Shown piece after piece: positions 39,363-48,366 of a DNA stretch of 64,000 nt. The notes beneath the pieces are model-generated. The model was not told the DNA's origin. It worked only from the letters and a program-made list of their open reading frames with translations, and ran no database searches. Positions within the stretch are counted from its first letter, which is position 1. Each line of letters starts with the position of its first letter. The position numbers and the translations under genes are program-made. Source of the stretch: a virus; the IMG/VR virus record IMGVR_UViG_3300035204_001594, positions 1 to 64,000 of that record; one strand, 5' to 3'.

Positions 39363-40082
39363 ATGCCCGTAAAAACCTTAGCAGCCTCCCAGGTTTATAA
39401 ATCACTTATCGCTAGCCCTGACACCAGCGGCACGGCTTTACTTGCTCTATGCCTAGACGAGTTTGGCCAAGAGGGCCTCAATGGGGACCCTCTTGGCTTA
39501 GCTGAGGATATTAAAAGTGCTTTTGGGGTATCAGATATCCCCCAGGTTAACTTTGATAAGATTCAGTCCTTATGGACATCCCTTACTACCGATTTAGTAC
39601 ATACAGACCCCAGCACCTTCATACAGGCCTGTAACGCCCTGAATGGCTCTCCTATCAGTTTCGACATCTTTGACCCCGCAGACCCCTACGAGTGCGCCTG
39701 GGCCATTACAGAGCTCTCATTGCTTGATTCAGAGACTCCGGACAGGTTGAGTCCAAATGTAAAGCGTTATATAGGAGAGGCCTGTAAGGAATTTGGCCTT
39801 GTTAAAGTACCTTCTGTACTCAGCGACGTGGCTGATTTCGGGGAAGATGACTACTTTGAGTTAGCCGCTATTCAAACCGAAAACCTCGATGACTCTCAGG
39901 TGTTCCTGGCTAACCAGGCTGCCTTTAAAGAAGAAATTGAGAATTACGTGGAGGATAGTATGAGGTCCCTTATCCACGAGTTAAATATCCTGCCCCTTCA
40001 GAACAGAGAGGCAGGATGGGCAGATTTCTATAAGGTTATGGAAAAGAAACTTCCCTCACTCCAGATGTATTCTGGCTCCTAA
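39363..40082 (+). CDS. hypothetical acidic protein
   Basis: 239 aa, 3 nt after the previous stop. Confidence 0.65.
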   Translation: MPVKTLAASQVYKSLIASPDTSGTALLALCLDEFGQEGLNGDPLGLAEDIKSAFGVSDIPQVNFDKIQSLWTSLTTDLVHTDPSTFIQACNALNGSPISFDIFDPADPYECAWAITELSLLDSETPDRLSPNVKRYIGEACKEFGLVKVPSVLSDVADFGEDDYFELAAIQTENLDDSQVFLANQAAFKEEIENYVEDSMRSLIHELNILPLQNREAGWADFYKVMEKKLPSLQMYSGS

Positions 40083-40325
40083 CCTATACAGTATTTTAGC
40101 TAGATCTTGCGCAGATTCGCTAACTGACTCTTCGCTCAAATCCCATACTAAACCGTGAAGACACTCGTGAATAACAACTTCGAGCAGCTCTTCGGTTTCA
40201 TCCTCTACCTTATTACTTATTCTAATCTTTTTAGCTTTTGTACTCGGATTATCTATATCGCCCCTGGCGCTCATATTAATAGATCTTACCAGTTCCCAAT
40301 ATTTTCCCCTTAGGCGAATATTCAT
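40056..40325 (-). CDS. small zincin-like (HExxH) protein
   Basis: VVIHECLHG followed by E (LSEESV). Confidence 0.7.
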   Translation of the reverse strand: MNIRLRGKYWELVRSINMSARGDIDNPSTKAKKIRISNKVEDETEELLEVVIHECLHGLVWDLSEESVSESAQDLAKILYRLGARIHLE

Positions 40326-40328
40326 ACT

Positions 40329-40652
40329 CTATATCCAAAATGTTAGGGCCATCAGCTTACGTATTCCAGCGCCTTCATCGGACCCTAAATACGCGCCTTG
40401 CGATAAGTCGTACACCCTAACGGCAGGTATAACAATAAATCTATTATTAACAATAGAAAAGTGGGAGGGTAGACCGTCCTCGCCCTGAATCAGCTTAATA
40501 ATTATAAGTATGGTGGCGAAATCATACCCAGAAGCCTTTAAGGCCTCTGCGATAGACATAATCGCCTCAGCCTTTTTGTGATCTGGGCCAACAAAGCCCT
40601 GGTCCCACAACAGGGACTGTTCAGCAGGGCTTAAACCCTGAAGGGCGGTCAT
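40329..40652 (-). CDS. hypothetical protein
   Basis: 107 aa in a packed operon. Confidence 0.55.
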   Translation of the reverse strand: MTALQGLSPAEQSLLWDQGFVGPDHKKAEAIMSIAEALKASGYDFATILIIIKLIQGEDGLPSHFSIVNNRFIVIPAVRVYDLSQGAYLGSDEGAGIRKLMALTFWI

Positions 40653-40653
40653 T

Positions 40654-40923
40654 TTATAGACCTGCCCTTAAGTACCAGTATCCGGTACTTACAGAAGAGT
40701 CGTTACCTACGGGAGGGGTGTAAGCAGGCTCAAACTTATTTAAACCCATGTGAGATGCCCCTATAGTGTGACGGTATTCGTATACGGCTCTTTTAGTGGC
40801 AGGATCTGTTAGCTGGGCCTGTGTATGTGCCTGAACCTCAATCTTACATACGTCTCCTGAGAATTCATATCCAATAATTTTAGCTTTAGGGGCGCTTAGA
40901 GGTGTGGGGGTGTCTTCCATCAT
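40654..40923 (-). CDS. hypothetical protein
   Basis: 89 aa in a packed operon. Confidence 0.55.
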   Translation of the reverse strand: MMEDTPTPLSAPKAKIIGYEFSGDVCKIEVQAHTQAQLTDPATKRAVYEYRHTIGASHMGLNKFEPAYTPPVGNDSSVSTGYWYLRAGL

Positions 40924-40948
40924 GATTAGTTACCTTATTTTTGTATGG

Positions 40949-41239
40949 CTATACCTGATAGCCTTGACCGAAGTTTAGGATTGTTGCGTTGACGTAATTC
41001 TTTAAAATTGTTAATTTGTCTACATCTAAAGCTTTGAGCTGAGACAGAACATCCGTGTATATAACTTGACGTTTAGGTCCTTTTTTACAGCTACAGCCTC
41101 TCGCGTCATTTACTGCTTGCAATCTGCTGCGAGCTCCATTTAAAATAACACCTACCGGATGATTTAGGTTGTCTGCCAGAGGCGACGTAATTAGTTCTCG
41201 TACCTTTGGCTTATTCATAAGTACGGTTTTACCGGACAT
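40949..41239 (-). CDS. hypothetical protein with CxC motif
   Basis: RGCSCKK; resembles the C-terminal half of 41229-41759. Confidence 0.6.
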   Translation of the reverse strand: MSGKTVLMNKPKVRELITSPLADNLNHPVGVILNGARSRLQAVNDARGCSCKKGPKRQVIYTDVLSQLKALDVDKLTILKNYVNATILNFGQGYQV

Positions 41240-41759
41240 GTACTCGGCCGTTTCGAATACCGACCTGTAATGTTGTGGTACGAAGAGCTTCTTTAATGGT
41301 CTGGATTTCCGTATCCAATACTACAGTATCATCTCCAAAATCTTCAATAAGCTGCTTAGCAAACCGAGCTCTATACGGATTTAGGGCACATCCCGTACAT
41401 TTTTTACCTTCCGCCCCCAACTGTTTAGATATTTCAGCTAACTCATCTTGATAGCCTTTAATAGCGCCGCACATACCTCCCCACTTCTCCTCTACCAAAA
41501 ACTTACGTACCATAGCTGTGCTCAGTACCTTTAGATCTTTAACGGACGTATTGCCCTCTTCTGCATCGATAATAGCAGCTCTGGCAGTTCGTGCGTGGGT
41601 TCTGTCTTGTTTCCACTCCTTTAACCTAGTTGCCCGCTCTTCTGCGGTCAAGCCCGCTAGTTTATTTAAAAAACGCGCTCCTCTGCGGGTATAGGTTGTC
41701 TGATCTGCTTGCTCATTTTGCTCATTATTTGTATCGGATTTAGAGGGGTTATCGCTCAT
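41229..41759 (-). CDS. hypothetical protein with CxxC motif
   Basis: KKCTGCAL; GGAG RBS. Confidence 0.6.
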   Translation of the reverse strand: MSDNPSKSDTNNEQNEQADQTTYTRRGARFLNKLAGLTAEERATRLKEWKQDRTHARTARAAIIDAEEGNTSVKDLKVLSTAMVRKFLVEEKWGGMCGAIKGYQDELAEISKQLGAEGKKCTGCALNPYRARFAKQLIEDFGDDTVVLDTEIQTIKEALRTTTLQVGIRNGRVHVR

Positions 41760-41776
41760 ATAGGCTCTCCTTTAGC

Positions 41777-42193
41777 TTAGTAGTCTTGCTCAAATACAAC
41801 AGTAGATGAGTTATCGGGGTTTTGGAAGCTTCCCACTTCTTTAGCTAACTTTGTTGTGTCTAGTTTTAGCATAGTTATAGCTTCTTCGCGTGTAAGTGAG
41901 CTGCCAAACACCAGCGTCCACTCATCTGTAAGGTAAAAATGTTCTTTAGAATTTGGTTCCCCTACCCCTAACGTAGATATATCCACATACCTACATATAC
42001 CCCAAAACTCATCTCGACTAGCTCCACCTGGGGTAGTAGCCTCGACAGGAGAGCTGCGCCTTATTACCAGCAGCTCATTTTGAATAAGGGGGTCTGTGGC
42101 AAGAATACTAATGTTAAGTCTATACTGGGTATTGTTACTTACCTGAGAATCAGATTTTGTTAATGTTAGCTGTATTTTCTCGTTAGAGGACAT
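41777..42193 (-). CDS. hypothetical protein (probable virion)
   Basis: 138 aa; first ORF downstream of the group I RNA. Confidence 0.6.
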   Translation of the reverse strand: MSSNEKIQLTLTKSDSQVSNNTQYRLNISILATDPLIQNELLVIRRSSPVEATTPGGASRDEFWGICRYVDISTLGVGEPNSKEHFYLTDEWTLVFGSSLTREEAITMLKLDTTKLAKEVGSFQNPDNSSTVVFEQDY

Positions 42194-42219
42194 ATTTTTG
42201 TTCCGTCCCTTTATCGGGT

Positions 42220-42539
42220 TAAAACGGTGTCAAGCACAAACCTTGGGCTTAGCATCACTAGTCTTTTACAACATCGTTTGGATTACTTACGGCTTCATGT
42301 TACCGACAGTTTTGTTATCGCAAACTTCTTTAAAGCTTGCATCTACACGTCTCCGTATAGCTCGGACTATATCATCGCCTTGCGGCGCTGGGCGCTCATG
42401 GATCAAATTATTGTTGGGACTCATCGATCTAGTCTCTGCACCTTCTGTAAAACCTTTGCCCTTTACAGCTTGGCTCAGGATTGTCCTCGGCTACGCCCGT
42501 TAGGAGTTTCCCTGAATTCACCCAGTTTATACCGTTCTA
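42220..42539 (-). ncRNA. group I ribozyme (subgroup IA-like), stand-alone or permuted; core 42525-42307
   Basis: P3 CTGGGTG(42525-19)/CGCCCAG(42394-88); P4 TTCAGG/CCTGAG; P5 TCCT/AGGA; P6a CTGTAAA/TTTACAG; P7 GAGACTA(42436-30)/TAGTCC(42369-64); P7.1 GATCGA/TTGATC; P8 CGCC-GCAA-GGCG; P9 CTATACG-GAGA-CGTGTAG; P9.1 GCAAGCT/AGTTTGC; P9.0 AG/CT then terminal G at 42307. Confidence 0.92.
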
Positions 42540-42544
42540 CTACA

Positions 42545-42573
42545 ATTATAGGGTAGGGGGGTCTGAGGGGCAA
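42545..42573 (-). promoter_or_regulatory. sigma70-type promoter directly upstream of the group I core
   Basis: TTGCCC (42573-42568), 17-nt spacer, TATAAT (42550-42545); predicted start about 42538. Confidence 0.75.
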
Positions 42574-42583
42574 GTAGGTATAT

Positions 42584-43699
42584 TTAAAATATGGAGATAC
42601 TTTCTCCACCTTCTGCTCTCCACTTATTCAACCCAATATCATCAGCAGTTGAACCGAACCACTGATATTGTGTCGGTATCCCTGCACCTATGATTGTGGA
42701 TGTTCCGTCTGGTGTGAAATCGAAATTAGCGGCATCTGTGTAACTTGGGTCTGTTGCAGAGATGTAGTCGTACATCGAAAGGTGGTCTGTACCAGCCATT
42801 GGTACATATATCTCTCCACCGTTTCCATAGAATGCATTATTATAGTGTCGTGTTTCGCAACTGCTCCCGACTCTTAATCCTTTGTTTGTATTGTTTGTGT
42901 GTAAATTGTTGACCCATACACTCTGACCAGAACCTGAAATATATACACCATCATCATTTGAGTCAAATACACAGTTACAAACAACCGCACCATTATTGCC
43001 CACATATAAACCATCGTCACCATTGTTGTAAAACGCACACTCTGCAATTCTTGCGGCTGTACCACATCGCAATCCGTCCCCTGTGTTATTATCAAACAAA
43101 CATTTGTAATACATCGCAAATTGTGTGGATTGGGTTTCACAACCAGAGTCACCATTATTGTCAAAACGACAATTTACAAAGTTCCAATAGTTTGCTGTGT
43201 TATTTGTATACACTCCGTGGGATGTTGCTTGTGTAAATTGGCAATTCATCCAATGAATATTGTTACTACTTGCAACAGTTGCCTCTAAACAATGCTGTGC
43301 TGTATCATTTGCATCAAATTTAAGGTGGGAAAATGCACTACCATCGGCAGTTGCTACTGATATTTCTACCATTGGTGTTGTACCATTTAGTCCTGTACCT
43401 AAAATATTGACAATAGTTCCATCCACAACACCAGAATCATTCGCACCGTTGATTACAACTTCTCTGCTATTCCAAGTAATTGTGAGTTTTGCTGTGAGAT
43501 TGTAGTATGTCGCATCATCAGATGTTTTCATAATGCGGAGTTCGTCACCATCATTTAATATACTTGCACCCGCAATTTCATCAAATCCTTTTTGGATTGT
43601 TTGCCACGCCGCACCAGTGGATGTCCCGGCATTTGCATCGTCCCCGTTTTCGCCGTCCACATAGTAGATATTTACACTTGCACCATCGTATGAGGCCAT
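42584..43699 (-). CDS. right-handed parallel beta-helix protein (pectin-lyase-like, tailspike/depolymerase candidate)
   Basis: N-terminal YYVD...GDD.N.GTS...AWQTIQK motif; periodic (N/K)C.F.NN..DG coils. Confidence 0.8.
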   Translation of the reverse strand: MASYDGASVNIYYVDGENGDDANAGTSTGAAWQTIQKGFDEIAGASILNDGDELRIMKTSDDATYYNLTAKLTITWNSREVVINGANDSGVVDGTIVNILGTGLNGTTPMVEISVATADGSAFSHLKFDANDTAQHCLEATVASSNNIHWMNCQFTQATSHGVYTNNTANYWNFVNCRFDNNGDSGCETQSTQFAMYYKCLFDNNTGDGLRCGTAARIAECAFYNNGDDGLYVGNNGAVVCNCVFDSNDDGVYISGSGQSVWVNNLHTNNTNKGLRVGSSCETRHYNNAFYGNGGEIYVPMAGTDHLSMYDYISATDPSYTDAANFDFTPDGTSTIIGAGIPTQYQWFGSTADDIGLNKWRAEGGESISIF

Positions 43700-46600
43700 T
43701 AGACTGTCCTCCTAATTCTAACCGAAAGAGTAGCATTAGTTACCGTAGGAGTAGATCCAGTTTGTACTCGAAACTCCAATATATCTCCTGCGCTAAATTG
43801 GTACGTATTCCACTCACTGGGCGTAATTGTTCCGCTAGTTGCTTTATTTGCTGAAGATAAGGCAGGGGAGTAAGTATGGTGATAGTGGGCAGATGCTGTT
43901 GTAGGAAAGTTGGCATAGGTACACCAAAATATCTCAAAGTCAACATTGCCTGTATCTGTTGAAGTTAATGTCCACTCCACTATTTCGCAATCGTAAGGTA
44001 AAACTCTGTGCCCTTTGATACCTGTAGTTAGATTTGATGTTCCATTATCAATTCTAATACCTATAACCTCTGTTGAGGTGCTGTCTAGCTGTGTGCCGTC
44101 TGGAAACTGTAAATAATTACCTGTGCCAGATATTTCAGCCACACCGGCTACCTCTAGGTCCGAGTCAGGGGTCTCAGTCCTAATTCCTAGTCGCTCATTT
44201 ATATGATCGAAACACACATATGGAGAGGAAGACGGGGAGTCGCCTTCTGTGAAATCAGCGACTTCTATAAGAGCCCCGCTTTCTGCCGTTCCCGTAATCT
44301 TATCTCCATTACCGGAAGTTCCGGCATCGTCCATTACAAGTAGTAGGGATCCGTCTAAGTAATCTTCCGAGCTCATATCTATGTCTCCATTAGCCTGGGC
44401 TAAATTGATAGATACACCCACCTGTTTAGCTATATCCACAGCTGTCTCGAGCCCCTGCACCCCTATAGTAGTGTTTGTACTGGTACTCGTACTGTCACTG
44501 TACGTTAAAGTATGGGTATTAGAAGACGCATCCTCCAATATGATAGTAGTTCCGTCCAAAGCCGTTCCTACATCATACCCTCCCGTGAAAGCAGAAGGCA
44601 TTCCAGGGGAGCTCTCTACGTTACTAGCATCGTCAAAATCGGGAGAGCTGCTGATGGTAATAGATGTATTACCAGAGGTTCCCGTTGTCGCCTGCTCTAA
44701 CTCAACTAATCCCGGGGTGCTATTCACGCTAATATCTAAACGCTTTGTAGCTGAAGAGCCTCCACTAAAGTCACTAACATTTGTTGACGTGAGAGAATCG
44801 AAGGTATTAAAGGTAAAGTTAGAATCCATAGGACTATCTAGAAGAGCATCCCAGTTAACGCTCTTCAGTATAGACGTACCACCTCCTGCACCTTCCCCTG
44901 TATGGGTTATGATTACCTTAGCTCCTAGGGCTACAGCCAGCAACGTTCCGTTGTGCCCATCTGAAGAGTTAATAATAGCGGCGAGGTTAGTTGCAGCATC
45001 CGAAGCCGATGAGCCTCTATTAAATTCCTGACTGGCGGCCACAGCTCCAGAAGCTTTAATGGTATAGGTTTTCGAAGTGCCTGTAAAATCCATCAGTGTT
45101 AGAGTCTCGTCGGCGTAGTCGTCGTATTCCGCTGTACCAAACTGCAACCCTGTGGACGCCTCCCCTTCCCCGCCTGTTAGCGCTGTAAGGGCTGAGCCTC
45201 CTTCAACAACATTGTCCCATTGTAGATTACCTATGGTCGTATTTCCTTTAACACCCCCTACAGACTGCTGTATGTGTACACTTCCTGCAGTAGTATTTGT
45301 TGTAATTTCAAGTTTTCTCTCCCCTCCTGTAAACGAGGCGGGAGGATTAACAGAACAAAGTGTATTCCAGTCCCAGCTACCAGCAGATACCTTTATATCA
45401 GTGTTGCCCCCTGTACCTGTATCTCCTTGCGTCATAGTAGCTTGAGCGGAAGACACTGACACATCTATAGTTGTAGGCGCGCCTCCGCTAAAGGCGGATG
45501 GAGGAGCCTCTAAACACAGTGCATCCCAATTAGAGGAGTGGTTTATGGTAGTATTACCAGGGGTTCCTACAGCGTCCGCAACTAAAAGCACCTCTTGGCC
45601 GCTATAGCTTGCGGTAATTCCTCCGGCATTATCGTTAACTAGCTCTGCGAAATTTCTAGCGGTAGCTGACGCGGTTGTGCCTGCGTTAAACTCTTTATTG
45701 TTTGCATCTGCCGTACCGTCGTTCTTGATTTTATATGTTACGCTACTTGAACCTAGTAGTGTAATGGTCTCGTCCGGGTATTGTTTATGGGTACTACCAT
45801 TAAAGGTAAATTCGGCTCTTGCCGATGTACCAAAACCTGCGTCACTCTCTACTATAGTTTTAAAATTAGTTGCTGTGTCGTCCGCAGTTGCTCCGGTGTT
45901 AAACTCCCTGTAGGATGCGTTAGCGCTACCGTCGTTTTTTATTGTAAATACTTTCGATAACCCGTATGCATCTATTATCTCAATATTAGCGCTATTAACA
46001 TCCGCAAAAGTAGATCCAAAGGTAAAGGTGGCTGTAGCTTTTACCCCATGTCCATTATCCCCCTCAACTATTTCTTTAAACTGATCTGCTGTGGAAGACG
46101 CGTCATTCTCAGCATTAAACTCTCTATTGTTTGCATTTGCTGTACTGTCGTTTTTAATCTTATACGTGTAGCTGGTCCCATCATGACTCTCCAGAGTTAT
46201 GGTAGCGTTATTCTGGCTATTGTATTCAGTATCCCCAAATATAAATGAGCCTGTGGCCGGAGTCAGGGTATATGAGTTTTCTGTACTTACCGAGGTGTTG
46301 CCCTCGGTTCCAGGGGTTGCCTGGGTTAGGGTTACCTGTCCGTCTGTGCCACTAGAAGTAGCTGTAAGTAAATTTCCGTGCCCTCTTTGCACAGCCGCTA
46401 TAAAATTTGAGGCCGCCTCTATATCAGAATCCCCTAAATTAAATTCGTAAACACCTCCACCCGTATAGGTAGTGAGAGGATCGGGGTGGGTACTATCTGT
46501 AAAATCATATCCTGTAGTTATATCTGAGTTACCGGACTCCCCTCCGCCGGGCTGGGTTATTGTAACTTTGCCTGCAGCAACCTCAACGTTTAAGAATCCG

Positions 46601-48294
46601 TCGTGCCCGTTACTGTGATCTAGGGCTTCTTTAAGGTTACTGGCAGAATTGGAGGCCCCGGATCCTGAAAGGAAAATAGTATGCCCCCCGTGTATAAAGG
46701 AAGTTGGCATGGTTCCAGATACACTACTTGTGAAGTTGGAACCCGTGGTTATAGCGGTATTTCCTGAAACCCCAGATCCTTTCTGAGCTAGGGTTAATTC
46801 ATTCGTGGATACAGATACCTCAATCTCGCCATCGTGTCCATTAACGTGCTCTACAGCAGTTTCAATATTGCTTGCAAATTGAGACGCAGAAAGTCCTGTG
46901 TTTATAGCAGTAGCGCCCCCTGTGAATGCCGAGGGAGGTGCGGTAGAGGTAGAGGTATTAAATAATTCTCCTATCTTTATATACGTATTACCCGCTGTGC
47001 CTCCTGAGGCTTGAGTAAGTGTAATTTGAGCTCCGGTCCGCGCGACAGATATACGACCGTTATGGCCGTTAGCGGATTCTATAGCTGTTTCTAGATTAGT
47101 AGCTGAGTCTGTTGCGTTACTGCCCGCTAAGAATATTATATGCTCTGGATTACTGCTCGCAATACTTCCTGTAGTGCCTGCGGCTCTGGCTACATATGTA
47201 CGAACTACTCCGTCAGTACTCTGTAAAAGTATAGTGCTATCGAGCTTTGCAGCTGCGTCAAAGGTAAAGGCATCGGCTGTAGCCGCGATAAGGGCCCCGC
47301 TCGATAGAAATGCATCAACAATATAGTCCACCGATGTTCCATCGTCACTAATTAAATTCAGTGTACCTCCATCTGTACCCGTGCCACTTAGTGTAATTGT
47401 AGGAGAAGCTGCAGTAGATATATCTCCGTTACTGCCTGATGATTTAGCTATGTAGGTAATAGCTCCCAGCTGTAAAGTACTATTAGACTTAGCCGAGGTT
47501 GTAAATGTAAAAGTTGTTGAGGCACTGTGGTTCCGAGGGTCTATATCCGCTGTTCCGTCGTTTTTTGCTCTATATACCTTAGTTATCTGATTGGTACCAT
47601 CATGAGATGTAAGGGTAAGTGACGTATCGTTTTTACTATTATAATTAATGCTGTGAAACGTGAATGTGGTGGAGGCGGCTTCGGCTGAAGTGTTGTGCCC
47701 ATTATTAGAGTCTATGGCTTGTTTTAGATTATTAGCCGCCCATATAGCTTTTTCGTCTGCCGTACTTCCCGACCCAATATTAAACTGAACGTTGTTACTC
47801 CCGTCTAGATCTCCGTTAGTAACGGTACCATCTGTCTTCCCTATGTAGGTTTTAGATGTGGTATCAGAGGATACTAACGTGATGGTAGCGTCTGCCACCG
47901 CTGTGTTTATAAACTGGAATGTAGCTGTACCAGGTACGGATTCGGCACGTTGAAACAACGTGGTAGCCGCCGCTGTATTAGATCCTTTGATCATCTGTAC
48001 GTATCCGGAGAACTTTTTACCGACCGGTATAGTAGAACTCACCGTTGAGGAAACGTAACTACGAGAGTCTCCCAACTCCCTCCACGTGGTATACTCGACG
48101 GCATTATAGTACTTTAAAACATGGTCAGTTTCGTCGTACCAAAGATCTCCAACCTTACTTATATCATCTGTTGGAGCCTGCGTCCCATAATGAATGCGGA
48201 CATACGGAGCCGCAGCGGTTTTATCCGGGCTAATCGTCGTATACTGAGGAGCGTTTAATAGCTGTTGTAGGTGTCTGGTCCAATTTTTGGACAT
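43699..48294 (-). CDS. giant probable virion protein built from about 10 nested copies of a ~110-aa module
   Basis: Recurring ATFTF..TITL...DG..TY / EFN.G..A...A.N...I.S.NGH / VTLTQ...G..GNT.I...SAFSGG; N-terminal AP.....GDLWYD and C-terminal RLGI.T.TP...LEVAG fibre-type motifs. Confidence 0.75.
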   Translation of the reverse strand: MSKNWTRHLQQLLNAPQYTTISPDKTAAAPYVRIHYGTQAPTDDISKVGDLWYDETDHVLKYYNAVEYTTWRELGDSRSYVSSTVSSTIPVGKKFSGYVQMIKGSNTAAATTLFQRAESVPGTATFQFINTAVADATITLVSSDTTSKTYIGKTDGTVTNGDLDGSNNVQFNIGSGSTADEKAIWAANNLKQAIDSNNGHNTSAEAASTTFTFHSINYNSKNDTSLTLTSHDGTNQITKVYRAKNDGTADIDPRNHSASTTFTFTTSAKSNSTLQLGAITYIAKSSGSNGDISTAASPTITLSGTGTDGGTLNLISDDGTSVDYIVDAFLSSGALIAATADAFTFDAAAKLDSTILLQSTDGVVRTYVARAAGTTGSIASSNPEHIIFLAGSNATDSATNLETAIESANGHNGRISVARTGAQITLTQASGGTAGNTYIKIGELFNTSTSTAPPSAFTGGATAINTGLSASQFASNIETAVEHVNGHDGEIEVSVSTNELTLAQKGSGVSGNTAITTGSNFTSSVSGTMPTSFIHGGHTIFLSGSGASNSASNLKEALDHSNGHDGFLNVEVAAGKVTITQPGGGESGNSDITTGYDFTDSTHPDPLTTYTGGGVYEFNLGDSDIEAASNFIAAVQRGHGNLLTATSSGTDGQVTLTQATPGTEGNTSVSTENSYTLTPATGSFIFGDTEYNSQNNATITLESHDGTSYTYKIKNDSTANANNREFNAENDASSTADQFKEIVEGDNGHGVKATATFTFGSTFADVNSANIEIIDAYGLSKVFTIKNDGSANASYREFNTGATADDTATNFKTIVESDAGFGTSARAEFTFNGSTHKQYPDETITLLGSSSVTYKIKNDGTADANNKEFNAGTTASATARNFAELVNDNAGGITASYSGQEVLLVADAVGTPGNTTINHSSNWDALCLEAPPSAFSGGAPTTIDVSVSSAQATMTQGDTGTGGNTDIKVSAGSWDWNTLCSVNPPASFTGGERKLEITTNTTAGSVHIQQSVGGVKGNTTIGNLQWDNVVEGGSALTALTGGEGEASTGLQFGTAEYDDYADETLTLMDFTGTSKTYTIKASGAVAASQEFNRGSSASDAATNLAAIINSSDGHNGTLLAVALGAKVIITHTGEGAGGGTSILKSVNWDALLDSPMDSNFTFNTFDSLTSTNVSDFSGGSSATKRLDISVNSTPGLVELEQATTGTSGNTSITISSSPDFDDASNVESSPGMPSAFTGGYDVGTALDGTTIILEDASSNTHTLTYSDSTSTSTNTTIGVQGLETAVDIAKQVGVSINLAQANGDIDMSSEDYLDGSLLLVMDDAGTSGNGDKITGTAESGALIEVADFTEGDSPSSSPYVCFDHINERLGIRTETPDSDLEVAGVAEISGTGNYLQFPDGTQLDSTSTEVIGIRIDNGTSNLTTGIKGHRVLPYDCEIVEWTLTSTDTGNVDFEIFWCTYANFPTTASAHYHHTYSPALSSANKATSGTITPSEWNTYQFSAGDILEFRVQTGSTPTVTNATLSVRIRRTV

Positions 48295-48328
48295 ATACTA
48301 TCTCCGAGAAAATGGGCGGTACCTGTAT

Positions 48329-48357
48329 ATTTTACCTTAAATACCTAATACGTGTAA
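48329..48357 (-). promoter_or_regulatory. possible sigma70-type promoter
   Basis: TTACAC, 17-nt spacer, TAAAAT upstream of the 1531-aa gene, which has a GGAG RBS. Confidence 0.4.
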
Positions 48358-48366
48358 GGTATACGA

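Noticed and set aside
42220-42540. tmRNA or tRNA reading of the structured gap
   Set aside because: No tRNA-like acceptor or T arm and no tag frame; the helices match the group I P3-P9 core
42290-42600. Ordinary cis intron interrupting the beta-helix gene or fusing it to 41777-42193
   Set aside because: No U-G-containing P1 found upstream of P3, a promoter fills that space, and all frames after the terminal G stop within 24 nt. Disfavoured but not fully excluded without RNA data
42198-42693. Three plus-strand ORFs (42198-42503, 42227-42556, 42481-42693)
   Set aside because: They are antisense to the group I RNA and its promoter, lack ATG starts and show no protein motifs
5798-48294. Diversity-generating retroelement explaining the shared fibre segment
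   Set aside because: No reverse transcriptase in the window, both copies are coding, and the mismatches are not adenine-specific
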